Part shown: positions 27,995 through 38,822 of the stretch, one piece after another
Numbering within the stretch: position 1 is the first letter of the stretch
Layout: each line of letters starts with the position of its first letter
NCBI GenBank assembly: GCA_963754655.1
Contig: CAVWGN010000001.1
Location: 512,001-576,000 of the forward strand
Direction: 5' to 3'
DNA: 64,000 nt
Source: an uncultured Chlamydiae bacterium
GTDB lineage: Bacteria > Chlamydiota > Chlamydiia > Chlamydiales > Parachlamydiaceae
The notes under the pieces: model-generated
Told to the model about the DNA's origin: nothing
Database searches by the model: none
Seen by the model: only the letters and a program-made list of their open reading frames with translations
Program-made: the position numbers and the translations under genes

Positions 27995-29874
27995 GGACAA
28001 TCGTCGCAAACTGAAGAAGAGCTTGTCTCTTCGCTTTGCGGCTTTCTTGTTTTGTTGCGCATTAAGGCAATCATTAAAATAGAAATATCAGCAGGTGAAA
28101 CACCGGAAATGCGTTGTGCTTGTCCCACTGTTCGAGGAGCAAATTTAGCCAGTTTTTGGCGAGCCTCGTTGCGCAAGCTCTGAACGCTTGAATAATCAAA
28201 GTCAGGCGGAATGAGAATATTTTCGACATGAGCAAGCTTAGCGACTTCCTGGGTTTGCCGATCAATATAACCCGCATACTTGAGAGTGAGCTCAATTTGG
28301 AAGTTAGTTTCCTCCCCAAAATCTTGAATGACATCAGGATAAGCCTGAAGTAAAGAAGCATAGGTATTTTCTGGGCGGCATAAAAGCTGAGCGATCGAAT
28401 AGCCTTTGCCATTGACTTGCTTGTAAATTTTATGCAATCGCTGGCTTTCCTCTTCCATGATTCGTTTTTTATTGCAAACGCGCTGGTAGCGTGTGGCATC
28501 AATGAGTCCTGCCTCATAGCCATAGTGGCGTAAGCGCAAATCGGCATTATCTTGCCTAAGGAGAAGGCGGTGCTCGGCCCGGCTGGTAAACATACGATAG
28601 GGCTCATCTAATCCTTTGGTGACAAGATCATCAATCATGACTCCAATATATGCTTCTGAGCGTTGTAGAATAAGAGGCGGCTTGCCCATTACTTTGTAGG
28701 CAGCATTGATTCCTGCCATCAGGCCTTGCCCAGCTGCTTCTTCATAGCCTGAAGTTCCATTGATTTGTCCAGCTAAAAATAATCCTTCAATGGTTTTGCA
28801 TTCTAAAGAGGAATGGAGCTGCCCGCTCACGACATAATCGTATTCAATTGCATAGGCTGGACGCATGATTTCGGCATTGCGCAAAGCAGGAATGCTATGA
28901 ATAAAGCTCAATTGAACGTCAAAGGGGAGAGAAGAAGAGACTCCATTCACGTAAACTTCTTGGGTATTGAGCCCTTCAGGCTCTAAGAAAATCTGATGAC
29001 GTTCTTTGTCTGCAAATCGTACGATCTTGTCTTCAATGGAAGGACAATAACGAGGGCCAATTCCTTTAATTTTTCCCGAATACATGGGCGAGCGATGGAT
29101 ATTGGATAAAATGATCTTCTTTGTTTCTTCCGTTGTATAGGTAATGTGGCATGAGACTTGAGGCAGGCGAGGAATTTCCTCGTCGTCATAGGAAAATTTT
29201 ACTCCAGGCTCACCCGGCTGTTCTTCTGTGTAGCTATAATCGATAGAGCGTTTATTCACTCGGGGGGGAGTCCCCGTTTTAAGACGTCCTAATTTGAGGC
29301 CATATTTTTCTAAACTGGCAGACATTCCGATTGAAGGCTGGTCTCCCGCCCTTCCACCAGAGTAATTGGTCTCTCCAATATGCAGGAGCCCGCGAAGAAA
29401 AGTCCCTGATGACAAGATAACGGCTTGGCCATCGTAGGCAATACCCTCTTTGGTTAGAACACCTATGACGCGATCTTGATGAACAATTAAATCCTCAATC
29501 GTTCCCTGTTTAATTTCTAGATGCGAAGTTTTTTCTAAGCGATGTTTCATTTCTATTTGATAGGCCCATTTATCTGCTTGCGCTCGAGGAGCCCAAACGG
29601 CAGGTCCTTTGGTGGCATTGAGCATGCGATACTGGATTCCCGTCATATCAATGACTTTACCCATTTCGCCCCCTAAGGCATCAATCTCGCGTACCATATG
29701 CCCTTTGGCAATTCCACCTATAGCAGGATTGCAGCTCATTTTGGCAATTGTATCTAAATTCATCGTTAATAAGAGGGTGCGCAATCCCATGCGAGCAGAG
29801 GCTAAAGCAGCTTCACAGCCAGCATGTCCTCCTCCAATGACGATGACGTCGTAAGGGGTGGGAAATTTCCACAT
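27991..29874 (-). CDS. mnmG: tRNA uridine-5-carboxymethylaminomethyl synthesis enzyme MnmG (GidA)
   Basis: Motifs GGGHAGCEAA, MSCNPAIGG, RLKTGTPPR, GPRYCPSIEDK, AGQINGTSGYEEAA. Confidence 0.98.
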   Translation of the reverse strand: MWKFPTPYDVIVIGGGHAGCEAALASARMGLRTLLLTMNLDTIAKMSCNPAIGGIAKGHMVREIDALGGEMGKVIDMTGIQYRMLNATKGPAVWAPRAQADKWAYQIEMKHRLEKTSHLEIKQGTIEDLIVHQDRVIGVLTKEGIAYDGQAVILSSGTFLRGLLHIGETNYSGGRAGDQPSIGMSASLEKYGLKLGRLKTGTPPRVNKRSIDYSYTEEQPGEPGVKFSYDDEEIPRLPQVSCHITYTTEETKKIILSNIHRSPMYSGKIKGIGPRYCPSIEDKIVRFADKERHQIFLEPEGLNTQEVYVNGVSSSLPFDVQLSFIHSIPALRNAEIMRPAYAIEYDYVVSGQLHSSLECKTIEGLFLAGQINGTSGYEEAAGQGLMAGINAAYKVMGKPPLILQRSEAYIGVMIDDLVTKGLDEPYRMFTSRAEHRLLLRQDNADLRLRHYGYEAGLIDATRYQRVCNKKRIMEEESQRLHKIYKQVNGKGYSIAQLLCRPENTYASLLQAYPDVIQDFGEETNFQIELTLKYAGYIDRQTQEVAKLAHVENILIPPDFDYSSVQSLRNEARQKLAKFAPRTVGQAQRISGVSPADISILMIALMRNKTRKPQSEETSSSSVCDDCP

Positions 29875-30403
29875 AGGTCAACCTTTTAAACAAAATTCTT
29901 TATTGGATAGCGAGAATAGCAGACAAAAAGAACAGGGATAAGACAAGCTATGCTATGAGAGACCATCATGAAACTGCGGACTGCTTTTGAGCAGTCCGCA
30001 AAGTTAGGTAGACCCAGTATTTTATTAATCAATTCTCTCGGTGTGTGACGCTAGGCCGTGTCTTAAACCAAACCGAGGAAGTTAATCAATCGAGCACTAG
30101 GATTCCTAGTTTATTTTCCCTTATGCCGATCGCGTCGGCTACGCTTCTTGCGCTTATGCTTCGCAATTTTGTACTTGCGCTTCTTTTTTACAGAAGACAT
30201 ATCCTCTCCACTTCACTTATTCAGGTTATTTCCTTAACTTTGCAAACATGCAACTATCGTAGAAGAAAGTCGAGAAAAAGTAAACAATAACATTATTAAA
30301 AGAGGAGTTAGGAGGGGAGAAGAGCAAAAGAAGATGACTTTATGATTGACCCAAGACAAAAATTAGAGTAAATAAATTTTCGAATAAATTAAAGGAGGGT
30401 TGA

Positions 30404-30829
30404 ATGTTTTTAGATGACGTTCCTATCAATTATATGGGTGTTGCTGTAGCCACTATCATTTATTATGTCATTGGACTCATTTGGTATTCCCCTTGGATTT
30501 TTGGCAATCAATGGGGAAGACATGAAGAATCCGTAAAGGAAAATCAAGAGCACTTTTATAGCCATCCCTTTGTCTCTTACCTAACAGAATTTGTGATTTC
30601 TCTGATTATCGCCTATGTCTTAGCTGTTTTTATTCAAATTAGCCAAGCAGAGGAAATTGTAGAGGGAATAACAATAGCATTTTGGGTATGGATTGGATTT
30701 ATTGCCACTACCCATTTTTCTGCTGTTCTTTGGGGACGTAAAACTGTAAAGCATTTCTTGATCCATGCTGGTTTTATTCTTGTTGGATTAATGGCAATGG
30801 GGGCTATCATTACCTATTTTGGATTCTAA
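30404..30829 (+). CDS. DUF1761-like four-TM membrane protein
   Basis: IGLIWYSPWIFGNQW motif, four TM segments, AGGAGG RBS. Confidence 0.75.
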   Translation: MFLDDVPINYMGVAVATIIYYVIGLIWYSPWIFGNQWGRHEESVKENQEHFYSHPFVSYLTEFVISLIIAYVLAVFIQISQAEEIVEGITIAFWVWIGFIATTHFSAVLWGRKTVKHFLIHAGFILVGLMAMGAIITYFGF

Positions 30830-30839
30830 ATCGTTCTTC

Positions 30840-30875
30840 CATCATCCTCCTATGATGACAAATAAGAGGATGATG
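30840..30875. terminator. Hairpin downstream of the DUF1761 gene
   Basis: CATCATCCTC...GAGGATGATG inverted repeat. Confidence 0.5.
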
Positions 30876-31226
30876 AAAAATTCAAATAAGCCGTGCTAGC
30901 GGTTTTCACAGACAGGTTTCCCATGTAAAGCGAATAAGTAGAAAGTGGTCATGGGTAAGCCATCAAAAAGAATCAGTTGAATATTCGTACTCAATCGCGT
31001 ATATAGAATAAAGTCAACTTGATGAGTTTGACATCCGCTGCTAACCGCATGTGGATAGGTTCGAAATGATTTGGGCATTTGAAAAGGAATCACTCAAATT
31101 TTGGAATGAACCAATGGTTTTTAATATTTCATCATTTTCAAGCTATTTTAAATAAGATTCGATTGCATGAATTTATAAAAAATATTTTAATGCAAAATGA
31201 ACATTCAAAACCAAGGAGGAATGTTT

Positions 31227-32063
31227 ATGACCCAAGGTGATAAATCCAGTTATACGGATAAACAACAAAGGCAAGCTGAACATATTGAAGAAGGATATGA
31301 AAACAAAGGAGTAGATGAAAAAGAAGCTGAAAAGCGTGCGTGGGCTACTGTAAATAAAGTTTCCGGTGGCGGAAAAAAGAGTGGTTCTGGACGCAAGCGT
31401 TCTGCTTCATCAACTGGAGTGGTTAAAAAGACCGGCGTGAAGCAATCAAGCAGTGCCCAAAATAGTGCTGGCGGTGCGAAAAAAGCAACAGGCGGTGCGA
31501 AAAAAGCAACAAGTGGTGCGAAAAAAACGACTGGTGGTGCTAAAAAAGCGACTAGTAGTACCCAAAAAAGTACGGGCGGTGCTAAAAAAGCGACTAGTAG
31601 TAGTGCCCAAAAGAGCACGGGCGGTGCGAAAAAGGCGACTAGCGGTACGAGAAAAACAACTAGTTCTAGAAAAAGTACTGATGATGCGAAAAAAAGCTCA
31701 GCCAGTAATAAAAAGAGTACTGGTGGTGCAAAAAAATCAACTAGTGCAAACAAAAGTGCGGGTGTGAAAAAGTCGACTAGTACCAAAAGTCGCACATCTT
31801 CCACCAAACAAAGTTCTTCTAGAAGCGAGGGCGCTCGTACAGGTGAAAAGAAGTCGGCGAGCTCTGCAAAAAAGAAGTCAACAAGCTCTGCAAAGAAGCC
31901 CGCTCCGGCTAAAAAGACAGTTTCAAGAAGTGCAACAAGAAGCTCAGCTAGCAACTCAAGAGGAGCTGCTTCTAAGAGCCGTCCTAAAACTGCAACAAGA
32001 AAAACCACAGGTAAGTCTAAACCAAAGAGTAAAAGCCTATTAGGTTCTATTTTCTCTTTTTAA
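31227..32063 (+). CDS. Basic histone-H1-like repeat protein with conserved N-terminal GDKSSYTDKQ domain
   Basis: N-terminus GDKSSYTDKQQRQAEHIEEGYE...EAEKRAWATVNK, then GGAKKAT/STGGAKK repeats; very K/S/T/A/G-rich. AAGGAGGA RBS 6 nt before ATG 31227. Confidence 0.8.
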   Translation: MTQGDKSSYTDKQQRQAEHIEEGYENKGVDEKEAEKRAWATVNKVSGGGKKSGSGRKRSASSTGVVKKTGVKQSSSAQNSAGGAKKATGGAKKATSGAKKTTGGAKKATSSTQKSTGGAKKATSSSAQKSTGGAKKATSGTRKTTSSRKSTDDAKKSSASNKKSTGGAKKSTSANKSAGVKKSTSTKSRTSSTKQSSSRSEGARTGEKKSASSAKKKSTSSAKKPAPAKKTVSRSATRSSASNSRGAASKSRPKTATRKTTGKSKPKSKSLLGSIFSF

Positions 32064-32142
32064 GAAAGTCGTTTTCTAGAATTTTCTGATAGTAAGATCA
32101 CTAATTGATAGATTCCTTATTAGTGATCTTATTTCTTATTTC

Positions 32143-34014
32143 TTATACCTTCATTTTCTTTAAAACCGCTGGAAGGTTAATCCCTTTCCCTAAGATAGGT
32201 TTAAATAAATCACCCACTTTTTCGAAGCGCTGTAAAACTGTCTTAATTGTGAAATCAGCGGGATTTAAACCTGCTGTAACTTCGGACCATTTTAAAGGGG
32301 TAGAGACAGTTGCTCCTGGACGGGGACGGACTGAATAGGGTGCAGCCACTGTTTGAGCAAAGTGATTTTGGAGATAATCTAAATAAATTTTTTTTTGTCG
32401 TTTTCCAGGGCTGCGTTCTAATGATGTCAAATCAGGCAATCGCTGATGGATGACATTAACAATTAAATTGGAAAATTGTTTGACCTCTTCAAATGGATAA
32501 CGTGCTCCCATTGGAATGTAAATATGCAAACCTGTTGCCCCGGATGTCTTGCATAGATTTGGAATTTTCCACTCTTCTAAAAAAGTGTGGACAGCTTGTG
32601 CAACTTCTATGACTTGGTCAAATGATACAGATTCAGGATCGAGGTCTATCACAAGATAATCTGGAGAATATAGAAATTGAACGCGGGAATTAAAAGGATT
32701 GAGATCAATGCAGCCTAAGTTGACGACATAGAGGAGACTTCTTTCATCTTCAATCAATAAATAGTGCACTTGATGATCTTCATGTTGAATGACCTCTGTT
32801 CTCACCCAGTTAGGAGTATCTTGAATCTCTTTTTGATAAAAACTTGCGCCTTCAATTCCATTTGGATAACGCCTCAAGGTTTCGGGGCGATCTTTTAAAT
32901 AGGGAAGAATAAGAGGTGCCACTTGTCGATAGTAATTAATAAGATCGCCTTTAGTATATCCCTCATGGGGCCAATAAATTTTATCTAAATGAGTTAATTC
33001 AGCTGAAGGAAGAGAAGAAGATTTTTTTCTAGATTTTACTGGTTGAGGAGAAGAATCTTTTAAATTTGATTGCTCATTTAAAACGTTCTTGGTCGATACT
33101 GTGCGTTCAAGTACCACTTCAGTTGCCTGCTTATCTTCTCGCATGTCGATAAAAATGGCTTGGCGCATTTGTCTCTCTTGGGTCCATTCGGCAAAATTCA
33201 CTTCGCATACGACTTCAGGTTTCACCCATGTCACGGGCGATCGAAGCTTAGGGACAGAGGGAAAAGGGCAGGAATCTTGAATAAGAGGTTGGAGACATTC
33301 ATAAACCTTATTCAATTTTTGACGGTCAAAGCCACTGCCGGTATGTCCAACATAGATAAGTTGCTGTTGATCATAGACACCTAATAACAAGGAGCCAAAT
33401 TTTATTCGTGCACCTTTGGGAGGCGTAAAACCGCAAATGATGGCTTCTTGACGCTGATGGACTTTAATTTTGACCCAATCATGACTTCGGCCTTCTTGAT
33501 AAGGACTTTGAGATTGTTTGCCTATAATACCTTCCAAATCTTTATCGCGGGCGGCTTTGAAAAAAGCTTTTCCCTTTTCTTTGATATGATCGCAGTAGCG
33601 CACCTGTGGAATATCGGGCAAAAGTTTTTTAAGCAATTTTTTGCGTTCAATAAGTGGAAGATGGCGAATATCATAGCCTTCTAAATAAAGTAAATCGAAG
33701 ACAAAATAGACTAAAGTTCCTTTTTGCGTGCGTTGATAATTTTGGACAAGTTGAAAAGAAGGCTTGCCCTCCTCGTCGAGCACCACAATTTCTCCATCCA
33801 ATACAGCTTCTGTTTGGATAGAACGTAAATGATCAATCAAAGAAGGGTAGCGTTTATCGAATAATTGGAAGCTACGCGAATAGAGATGGACACTTTCTTT
33901 TTGAATTTCAGCAAGTGCTCGATAGCCATCCCACTTAATTTCGAAAATCCAATCTTTGGCATCAAAGGGTTCATCTACCAAAGTGGCTAACATGGGCTTA
34001 ACAGAGGCAGGCAT
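32143..34014 (-). CDS. ligD: NHEJ DNA ligase D, ligase plus polymerase domains
   Basis: Ligase EIKWDGYR, DGEIV, LEGIIGK, WVKIK. Polymerase TKGDLINYY, RYPNG, DLDP, KTSGATGLHIY, APYSVR. Confidence 0.95.
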   Translation of the reverse strand: MPASVKPMLATLVDEPFDAKDWIFEIKWDGYRALAEIQKESVHLYSRSFQLFDKRYPSLIDHLRSIQTEAVLDGEIVVLDEEGKPSFQLVQNYQRTQKGTLVYFVFDLLYLEGYDIRHLPLIERKKLLKKLLPDIPQVRYCDHIKEKGKAFFKAARDKDLEGIIGKQSQSPYQEGRSHDWVKIKVHQRQEAIICGFTPPKGARIKFGSLLLGVYDQQQLIYVGHTGSGFDRQKLNKVYECLQPLIQDSCPFPSVPKLRSPVTWVKPEVVCEVNFAEWTQERQMRQAIFIDMREDKQATEVVLERTVSTKNVLNEQSNLKDSSPQPVKSRKKSSSLPSAELTHLDKIYWPHEGYTKGDLINYYRQVAPLILPYLKDRPETLRRYPNGIEGASFYQKEIQDTPNWVRTEVIQHEDHQVHYLLIEDERSLLYVVNLGCIDLNPFNSRVQFLYSPDYLVIDLDPESVSFDQVIEVAQAVHTFLEEWKIPNLCKTSGATGLHIYIPMGARYPFEEVKQFSNLIVNVIHQRLPDLTSLERSPGKRQKKIYLDYLQNHFAQTVAAPYSVRPRPGATVSTPLKWSEVTAGLNPADFTIKTVLQRFEKVGDLFKPILGKGINLPAVLKKMKV

Positions 34015-34619
34015 TGAGGTATGCAGGAGTGTTGGAGCTGATTTTTTTCAGAGGCTGAAGAGGCTGAACGCTTAGATGTAGCATGTGTTTTTGGGGTAAG
34101 AGAAGATGCTTCACTTGCAAAGGTGTCTCGCTTTTTGATTAAAAGCCATTGATTGCTTCCCTTTCCTTTGAGTTGAATCAAGGAAAAAGCCCCTTTCAGC
34201 TTTCGACCTTTCATGATAAAATTTAAACGACCCTCTTTTAGCCCTTTCTCCATTAAACGTTCACTTTCTTTTGCCGTCGTTGCTCCTTCTGCATAATAGG
34301 TTCCTTTATCCCAAATTTTGACAACTCCTGCACCATATTGTCCTGCGGGAATAGTGCCCGTAAATGTGCGATATTCAAAGGGATGATCTTCCACCTGTAT
34401 GGCAAGTCGTTTTTCTGATGGATCAAGGGAAGGACCTTTGGGAATGGCCCAGCTTTTGAGAACACCGGACACTTCTAAGCGAAAATCATAGTGTAAATGC
34501 GTAGCATGATGTTCCTGCACAACAAATTCTAACTCACCGCGATGTGTAGGAGTTTTGTTGCCCATAGGCTCTTTTGTTTCTTCAAAATTTCTTTTTTGGT
34601 GATATTCTTTTAATCCCAT
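33987..34619 (-). CDS. LigD 3'-phosphoesterase domain, separated from the ligase by a frameshift at A7 or encoded separately
   Basis: Motifs FVVQEHHATHLHYDFRLE, LKSWAIPKGP, VEDHP, YGAG..IWDKG. Confidence 0.92.
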   Translation of the reverse strand: MGLKEYHQKRNFEETKEPMGNKTPTHRGELEFVVQEHHATHLHYDFRLEVSGVLKSWAIPKGPSLDPSEKRLAIQVEDHPFEYRTFTGTIPAGQYGAGVVKIWDKGTYYAEGATTAKESERLMEKGLKEGRLNFIMKGRKLKGAFSLIQLKGKGSNQWLLIKKRDTFASEASSLTPKTHATSKRSASSASEKNQLQHSCIPQCLPLLSPC

Positions 34620-34849
34620 TCTCTGCCTCCTTTACGTAATAGAGGAAAATTTATTTATGAATAAGGAATAGAAAATTTTAAAGCAAAAAAAAATTAATAG
34701 AGAGAACTTTGCATCTTATCATGCAAAAAGTTTTTTTCTCATCGCACTTTGATGCCTCATGTTTGAGTCATGAATGTTTGAAGAGAGGATATTCAGAAAT
34801 AAGGATATAAAAAAATGAAGAAGTATTTTAAATTTAAACATTTAGAATC

Positions 34850-34880
34850 AAGATTTCCCATCAGGCTGATGGGAAATCTT
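34850..34880. terminator. Perfect hairpin at the 3' end of the 441-aa gene
   Basis: AAGATTTCCCATCAG-G-CTGATGGGAAATCTT, 9 bp past the stop codon. Confidence 0.6.
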
Positions 34881-34888
34881 ATTAGGAT

Positions 34889-36214
34889 TTAGGAATTTTC
34901 TCGTATTCGGGGTACACAGGATGCAGGAATTTCCTCATATAAATGATACTCGGGTTTATCAACTACTGTGCCTGGACTCCTTAAATATAAAAACTGCTCG
35001 CGGAAGTGGATAATGGCTATTAACATATCATCAATGTATTTTAAAGTTTTCTCTCTATCAGCCATCATTTTAGCCATTTCTGCTTCAAATTCTTTTTTAC
35101 AAAAGCAATCTTTATCGGCTTTAGTTTGTGTGTAGAGAATTCTTTCTTGAAGCTCAATCAAACGCAAACCATAACTTCTAGCAAATGTATGAGCAACTTC
35201 CTCGAAACGTTCCTCGCCACTTTTGACCGCCTCTAACAGTTCATAAGCAAATTGTCTTAAATAATATTCTGCATACCAATCGATGGAATTGATAATAACA
35301 GGAGCAATATCGCAAATATTGAAAAAATGATGTAAATTCGTCTCAATTTTTCTGGCTGTTATATCCAGTTTGTCCTCCATTGTAAATAAACAATTGTTTT
35401 TATTGACAACAATTTTATTTATTAAACTAATGTGAGCGCGCTCGAATTTGCTATCATGATCTGTCAATTTGTTAGATGAAGCAGGAACAACAGCAGCCAT
35501 TGCTTTAAATTGATTTTTTGAATGTGTGGGAAAATTGCACCCCTTTAAATGTTCTGCTCTATTTGCTATATAACGACAGGTGACCAGGAAAAAATTGAGC
35601 CTTTTCCACATATGAAGCTTTGCCACCTGTTCTATAGGAGAAAATCGAAAATCTACTCCTATTTTATTCCGATCTTCAATTTGCTCTTTGTATTTCCAGT
35701 GCAGTAGGGGTTTTAGCTTAAAATTTGTTTGCTGATTTGCTTGTGTCAACGTTTTTTGCTGCGGCTGTTGATTCAGCTTCTCCCTGGCTTGCTTTTCTTT
35801 TTGCTCTTTTTCAGCTGCTCTTTTTTGACAATTTAATTTCCGCTTTTTCTTTTTGTTTATCTTTTTAGGTGAAGCTTGAACTTGCAAATTTTCTAAAATT
35901 TTTGTCATTTCTTGAGTTGTATCGGGAACAACTACAAAAGGAAAAATAACTTCCTCAATATCTAATTTATTATCATTTTTTGACTCTTCGATGCACTCAA
36001 CAACACTTTCTACCATGTTTTCTTTTATCTCTTGACTAAGCAAAGGATAATGAGAAGGATGGTTAGAAGCAAAAGACGATCCCTTTATTTCTACCTTAAT
36101 TGCTTTTTTAGCATCTAATAAAACATTAGGATGTAAATCTTTAGCATTTTTCTGAACTTGAGGATATTGTAATCCTATAGGTTCTTTAAAAATCATACCA
36201 ACTGAATTATTCAT
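34889..36214 (-). CDS. Hypothetical protein, candidate effector with NLS-like basic patch
   Basis: 441-aa AT-rich ORF containing KKINKKKKRK. No family recognised. Confidence 0.75.
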   Translation of the reverse strand: MNNSVGMIFKEPIGLQYPQVQKNAKDLHPNVLLDAKKAIKVEIKGSSFASNHPSHYPLLSQEIKENMVESVVECIEESKNDNKLDIEEVIFPFVVVPDTTQEMTKILENLQVQASPKKINKKKKRKLNCQKRAAEKEQKEKQAREKLNQQPQQKTLTQANQQTNFKLKPLLHWKYKEQIEDRNKIGVDFRFSPIEQVAKLHMWKRLNFFLVTCRYIANRAEHLKGCNFPTHSKNQFKAMAAVVPASSNKLTDHDSKFERAHISLINKIVVNKNNCLFTMEDKLDITARKIETNLHHFFNICDIAPVIINSIDWYAEYYLRQFAYELLEAVKSGEERFEEVAHTFARSYGLRLIELQERILYTQTKADKDCFCKKEFEAEMAKMMADREKTLKYIDDMLIAIIHFREQFLYLRSPGTVVDKPEYHLYEEIPASCVPRIRENS

Positions 36215-36492
36215 ATTATTGCCTTTATTAAAATCCTTTAAAATTATTTAATAAATATCATATAATTATGTTTTCTTTATATTAAGTGAGAGTTAATAAA
36301 TTATTAATTAATTATAGTTAAAATATGAATGACTTGTAAATTTATTGTGAAGTTTTTGTAATTAATTAATTTAATAATTTAAATAAATTAGTAGTATTTT
36401 AATAAAAAACAGTTCGAGGCAATTATTTGAAATAGGTGAGATTTCAAACAGAAGTTAATAGTAAGCGGAAAAAATAATTAAAAATACATTTA

Positions 36493-38754
36493 TTAATAGA
36501 TATCCAAATAATTTATATGTTGGAATATAGGGCTTACTTCTTTACGACTTTGAATAGAAGTGTTTTTTAACCATAAGTAAAGCAATCTAGAACAAGCAGA
36601 GAGTGAGTGTAAGAAGGATACGTCGAGCCATTCATTATTGACTAAATAAAGGCTGGAAAGTTGTTGTTGATAAGGAAGAATAAGCGACAGAACTTGGTTT
36701 TTTGTTGCCTGAATAGCAGGCAAGCCTAAATGGGTAATATTTAAGCATCTTCTGGTAAAGAAGTGGATGGTTTTTTCTACGGATAAGTGAAGATTAGTAG
36801 AAGGAAGCAAATTTAAATGGCTTAGATTGAGGTGGCTAAGAGATGGGCAATGTTCGGCTAAATGTTGTAAACTTAATGCTGAGAATTGCCAAGGATGGTT
36901 TGCGGCTTGGGAAGGGGTGTCTGATTTAAGAGTCAGCATCTTTAGAGGGCAACTTTTGGCAAGTTGTCCGATACTTATGTCATCAAAAGGTTGAGAATGG
37001 GATTCTTCTGTCATTTCGATTTCTAAATTTTCTAATGTAGGGCAATATTGAGCTAAAGCTATTAAAAGAGGCGATCCAAAAGCTCCACAATTCATAATTT
37101 GAAGTTGTTTAAGTGCAGCATTTTGCAAATAAGATACAAGCTGATTTTCCTCTAACTTGCAATTGACTAAAGCTAACCGTTCAAGTTGAGTGCATTTTTT
37201 GAGATGTGCGAAATGTTGTTGGGATAAATTGATAGGCTTCATCGGATGCAATTTGAGATATTTGAGTTGTTTGCAAACGAATAAATGATTAAAAAGACTT
37301 TGCGAAAAATTATTTCCGCTCAACTCTAATTGAATCAGATTGCGACAATGATTCAAAATTTTTCTTAAATCTTTTGAAGATAAATAAGTACAATCCTTGA
37401 GTTTAAGAGAGCGCAGATTAGAGCAGTTGATTGCAACGTTAAGAAGTCCTGCGCGCTTATTGAAACAATCACTGATACATTGAGTTGTCGCAAAACCTAA
37501 TTCTAGCGATTCTAAATTGGGACAATGATGGGCTAAATAATTGAATAAGGATGCATCGATAACACTGCAATAAGAAAAATTCAAATGTTTAAGCAAATGT
37601 CCTTTTAGGATACGTGTGATCGGATCAATAGAGTGATTAATATAGGAAATAATAGAGGCTTGCGTCACTTTAGGGCAGCCCGTTAGTTTGATGGATTCTA
37701 ATTGAGACATGCGGCTAAGGAAAGAAATTAAACCATAATCAGTGATGGAACCTATACATAAGTTGTTTTCATATTCGAATGAACGTAAGGGCGGTGCGGA
37801 AAGACTAAGACTAAAAAGAGATTGATCACTCATCTGGCAATCGCTGATTTTAAGATGTTCTAATTGATTAGCATAAAGGCTTACAACAGTCATATAGTCA
37901 TCAAAATTGAAATTGCCGCACTGATAGAATTCAAGAGATCGCAAGCAAGGGCAGCATTGAATGAAATGTGCTAAACCTTGGGGAGTAAATTGACTACCAA
38001 GCAAACTTATACTCTCTAAATTTGAGCCCTGGCTTGCAATAAGTGCGAGATCTGCATCATTAACATTCATATGTATATGTCCGAAGCATACTGGATGAAA
38101 ACCTGTAAAGATAAGAAGATCGCGACTCAAGTGAGAGTGAGTAATCGAAGGAAAAAGGTGAGGTGACGTTTCAAAAAATTTATTTAAACAATGAGGATCT
38201 TCGATGATATGAGAAAAATTTTTACACGTTATTGCTAATTTGCCTACCGATTGCCAACTATCAGCGATATAACTAAAAATAAGCGATAACACCTCTTTAG
38301 GTAATGATAATATTTCTTTTCCAGAATTATGAGGATTCATACAAAAGTGGGAAGGTAACTCCTCTTGTTGCTTATTCAACACGCTCTGCATCACGGGCGG
38401 TTGGCTTTTTCTAGGAAAGTGTGCTTTTTGATCAAAAGAGCGCCGAAAAAAAGTGTCTGCACTCAGGAGCAGGCGCGCTTGTTTGGAATTGATAGAGATT
38501 TCTTGTTGTGTCGATAAGAGGGTAATCTTATTCGAAACAAAACTAAATTTTTCTTGAAATTTACGATAACTTTCAAGTCTATTAGTTCCTCCTTGCGGTA
38601 AAAAGTACTCCTTAACCATTTGGTCAAAAAAAATGTAAAATTGGTTTAAAGCTCTCATATAAGCTGCGGGATAATGCTCTTGCGCGTCTAAAGCTCGAAG
38701 AGGTCGTAGAGGATAGATCAGCGAAGAAGTAGAGGGCGTAATTTCTAAATTCAT
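36493..38754 (-). CDS. Eukaryote-like F-box / cysteine-containing LRR protein
   Basis: F-box LSLPKEVLSLIFSYI followed by many LRR_CC units (CPNLESLEL, CSNLRSLKLKDC, CPSLSHLNLS). GGAG RBS. Confidence 0.88.
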   Translation of the reverse strand: MNLEITPSTSSLIYPLRPLRALDAQEHYPAAYMRALNQFYIFFDQMVKEYFLPQGGTNRLESYRKFQEKFSFVSNKITLLSTQQEISINSKQARLLLSADTFFRRSFDQKAHFPRKSQPPVMQSVLNKQQEELPSHFCMNPHNSGKEILSLPKEVLSLIFSYIADSWQSVGKLAITCKNFSHIIEDPHCLNKFFETSPHLFPSITHSHLSRDLLIFTGFHPVCFGHIHMNVNDADLALIASQGSNLESISLLGSQFTPQGLAHFIQCCPCLRSLEFYQCGNFNFDDYMTVVSLYANQLEHLKISDCQMSDQSLFSLSLSAPPLRSFEYENNLCIGSITDYGLISFLSRMSQLESIKLTGCPKVTQASIISYINHSIDPITRILKGHLLKHLNFSYCSVIDASLFNYLAHHCPNLESLELGFATTQCISDCFNKRAGLLNVAINCSNLRSLKLKDCTYLSSKDLRKILNHCRNLIQLELSGNNFSQSLFNHLFVCKQLKYLKLHPMKPINLSQQHFAHLKKCTQLERLALVNCKLEENQLVSYLQNAALKQLQIMNCGAFGSPLLIALAQYCPTLENLEIEMTEESHSQPFDDISIGQLAKSCPLKMLTLKSDTPSQAANHPWQFSALSLQHLAEHCPSLSHLNLSHLNLLPSTNLHLSVEKTIHFFTRRCLNITHLGLPAIQATKNQVLSLILPYQQQLSSLYLVNNEWLDVSFLHSLSACSRLLYLWLKNTSIQSRKEVSPIFQHINYLDIY

Positions 38755-38822
38755 AATCTCCTTTAATTAACAAGGCTTCCTATTCTATTGTCTAATTTTT
38801 ATGGCGTTCTTTGCAAGGCCGG

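Noticed and set aside
29973..30290. Hairpin upstream of mnmG, CTAG-GCCGTGTC MITE-like end and ORF 30045-30290
   Set aside because: No matching second TIR or TSD was found and the ORF has no RBS or motif. Probably a decayed repeat, too weak to call.
31250..32008. 252-aa hydrophobic ORF on the minus strand
   Set aside because: Antisense shadow of the Lys/Ser/Thr repeat gene.
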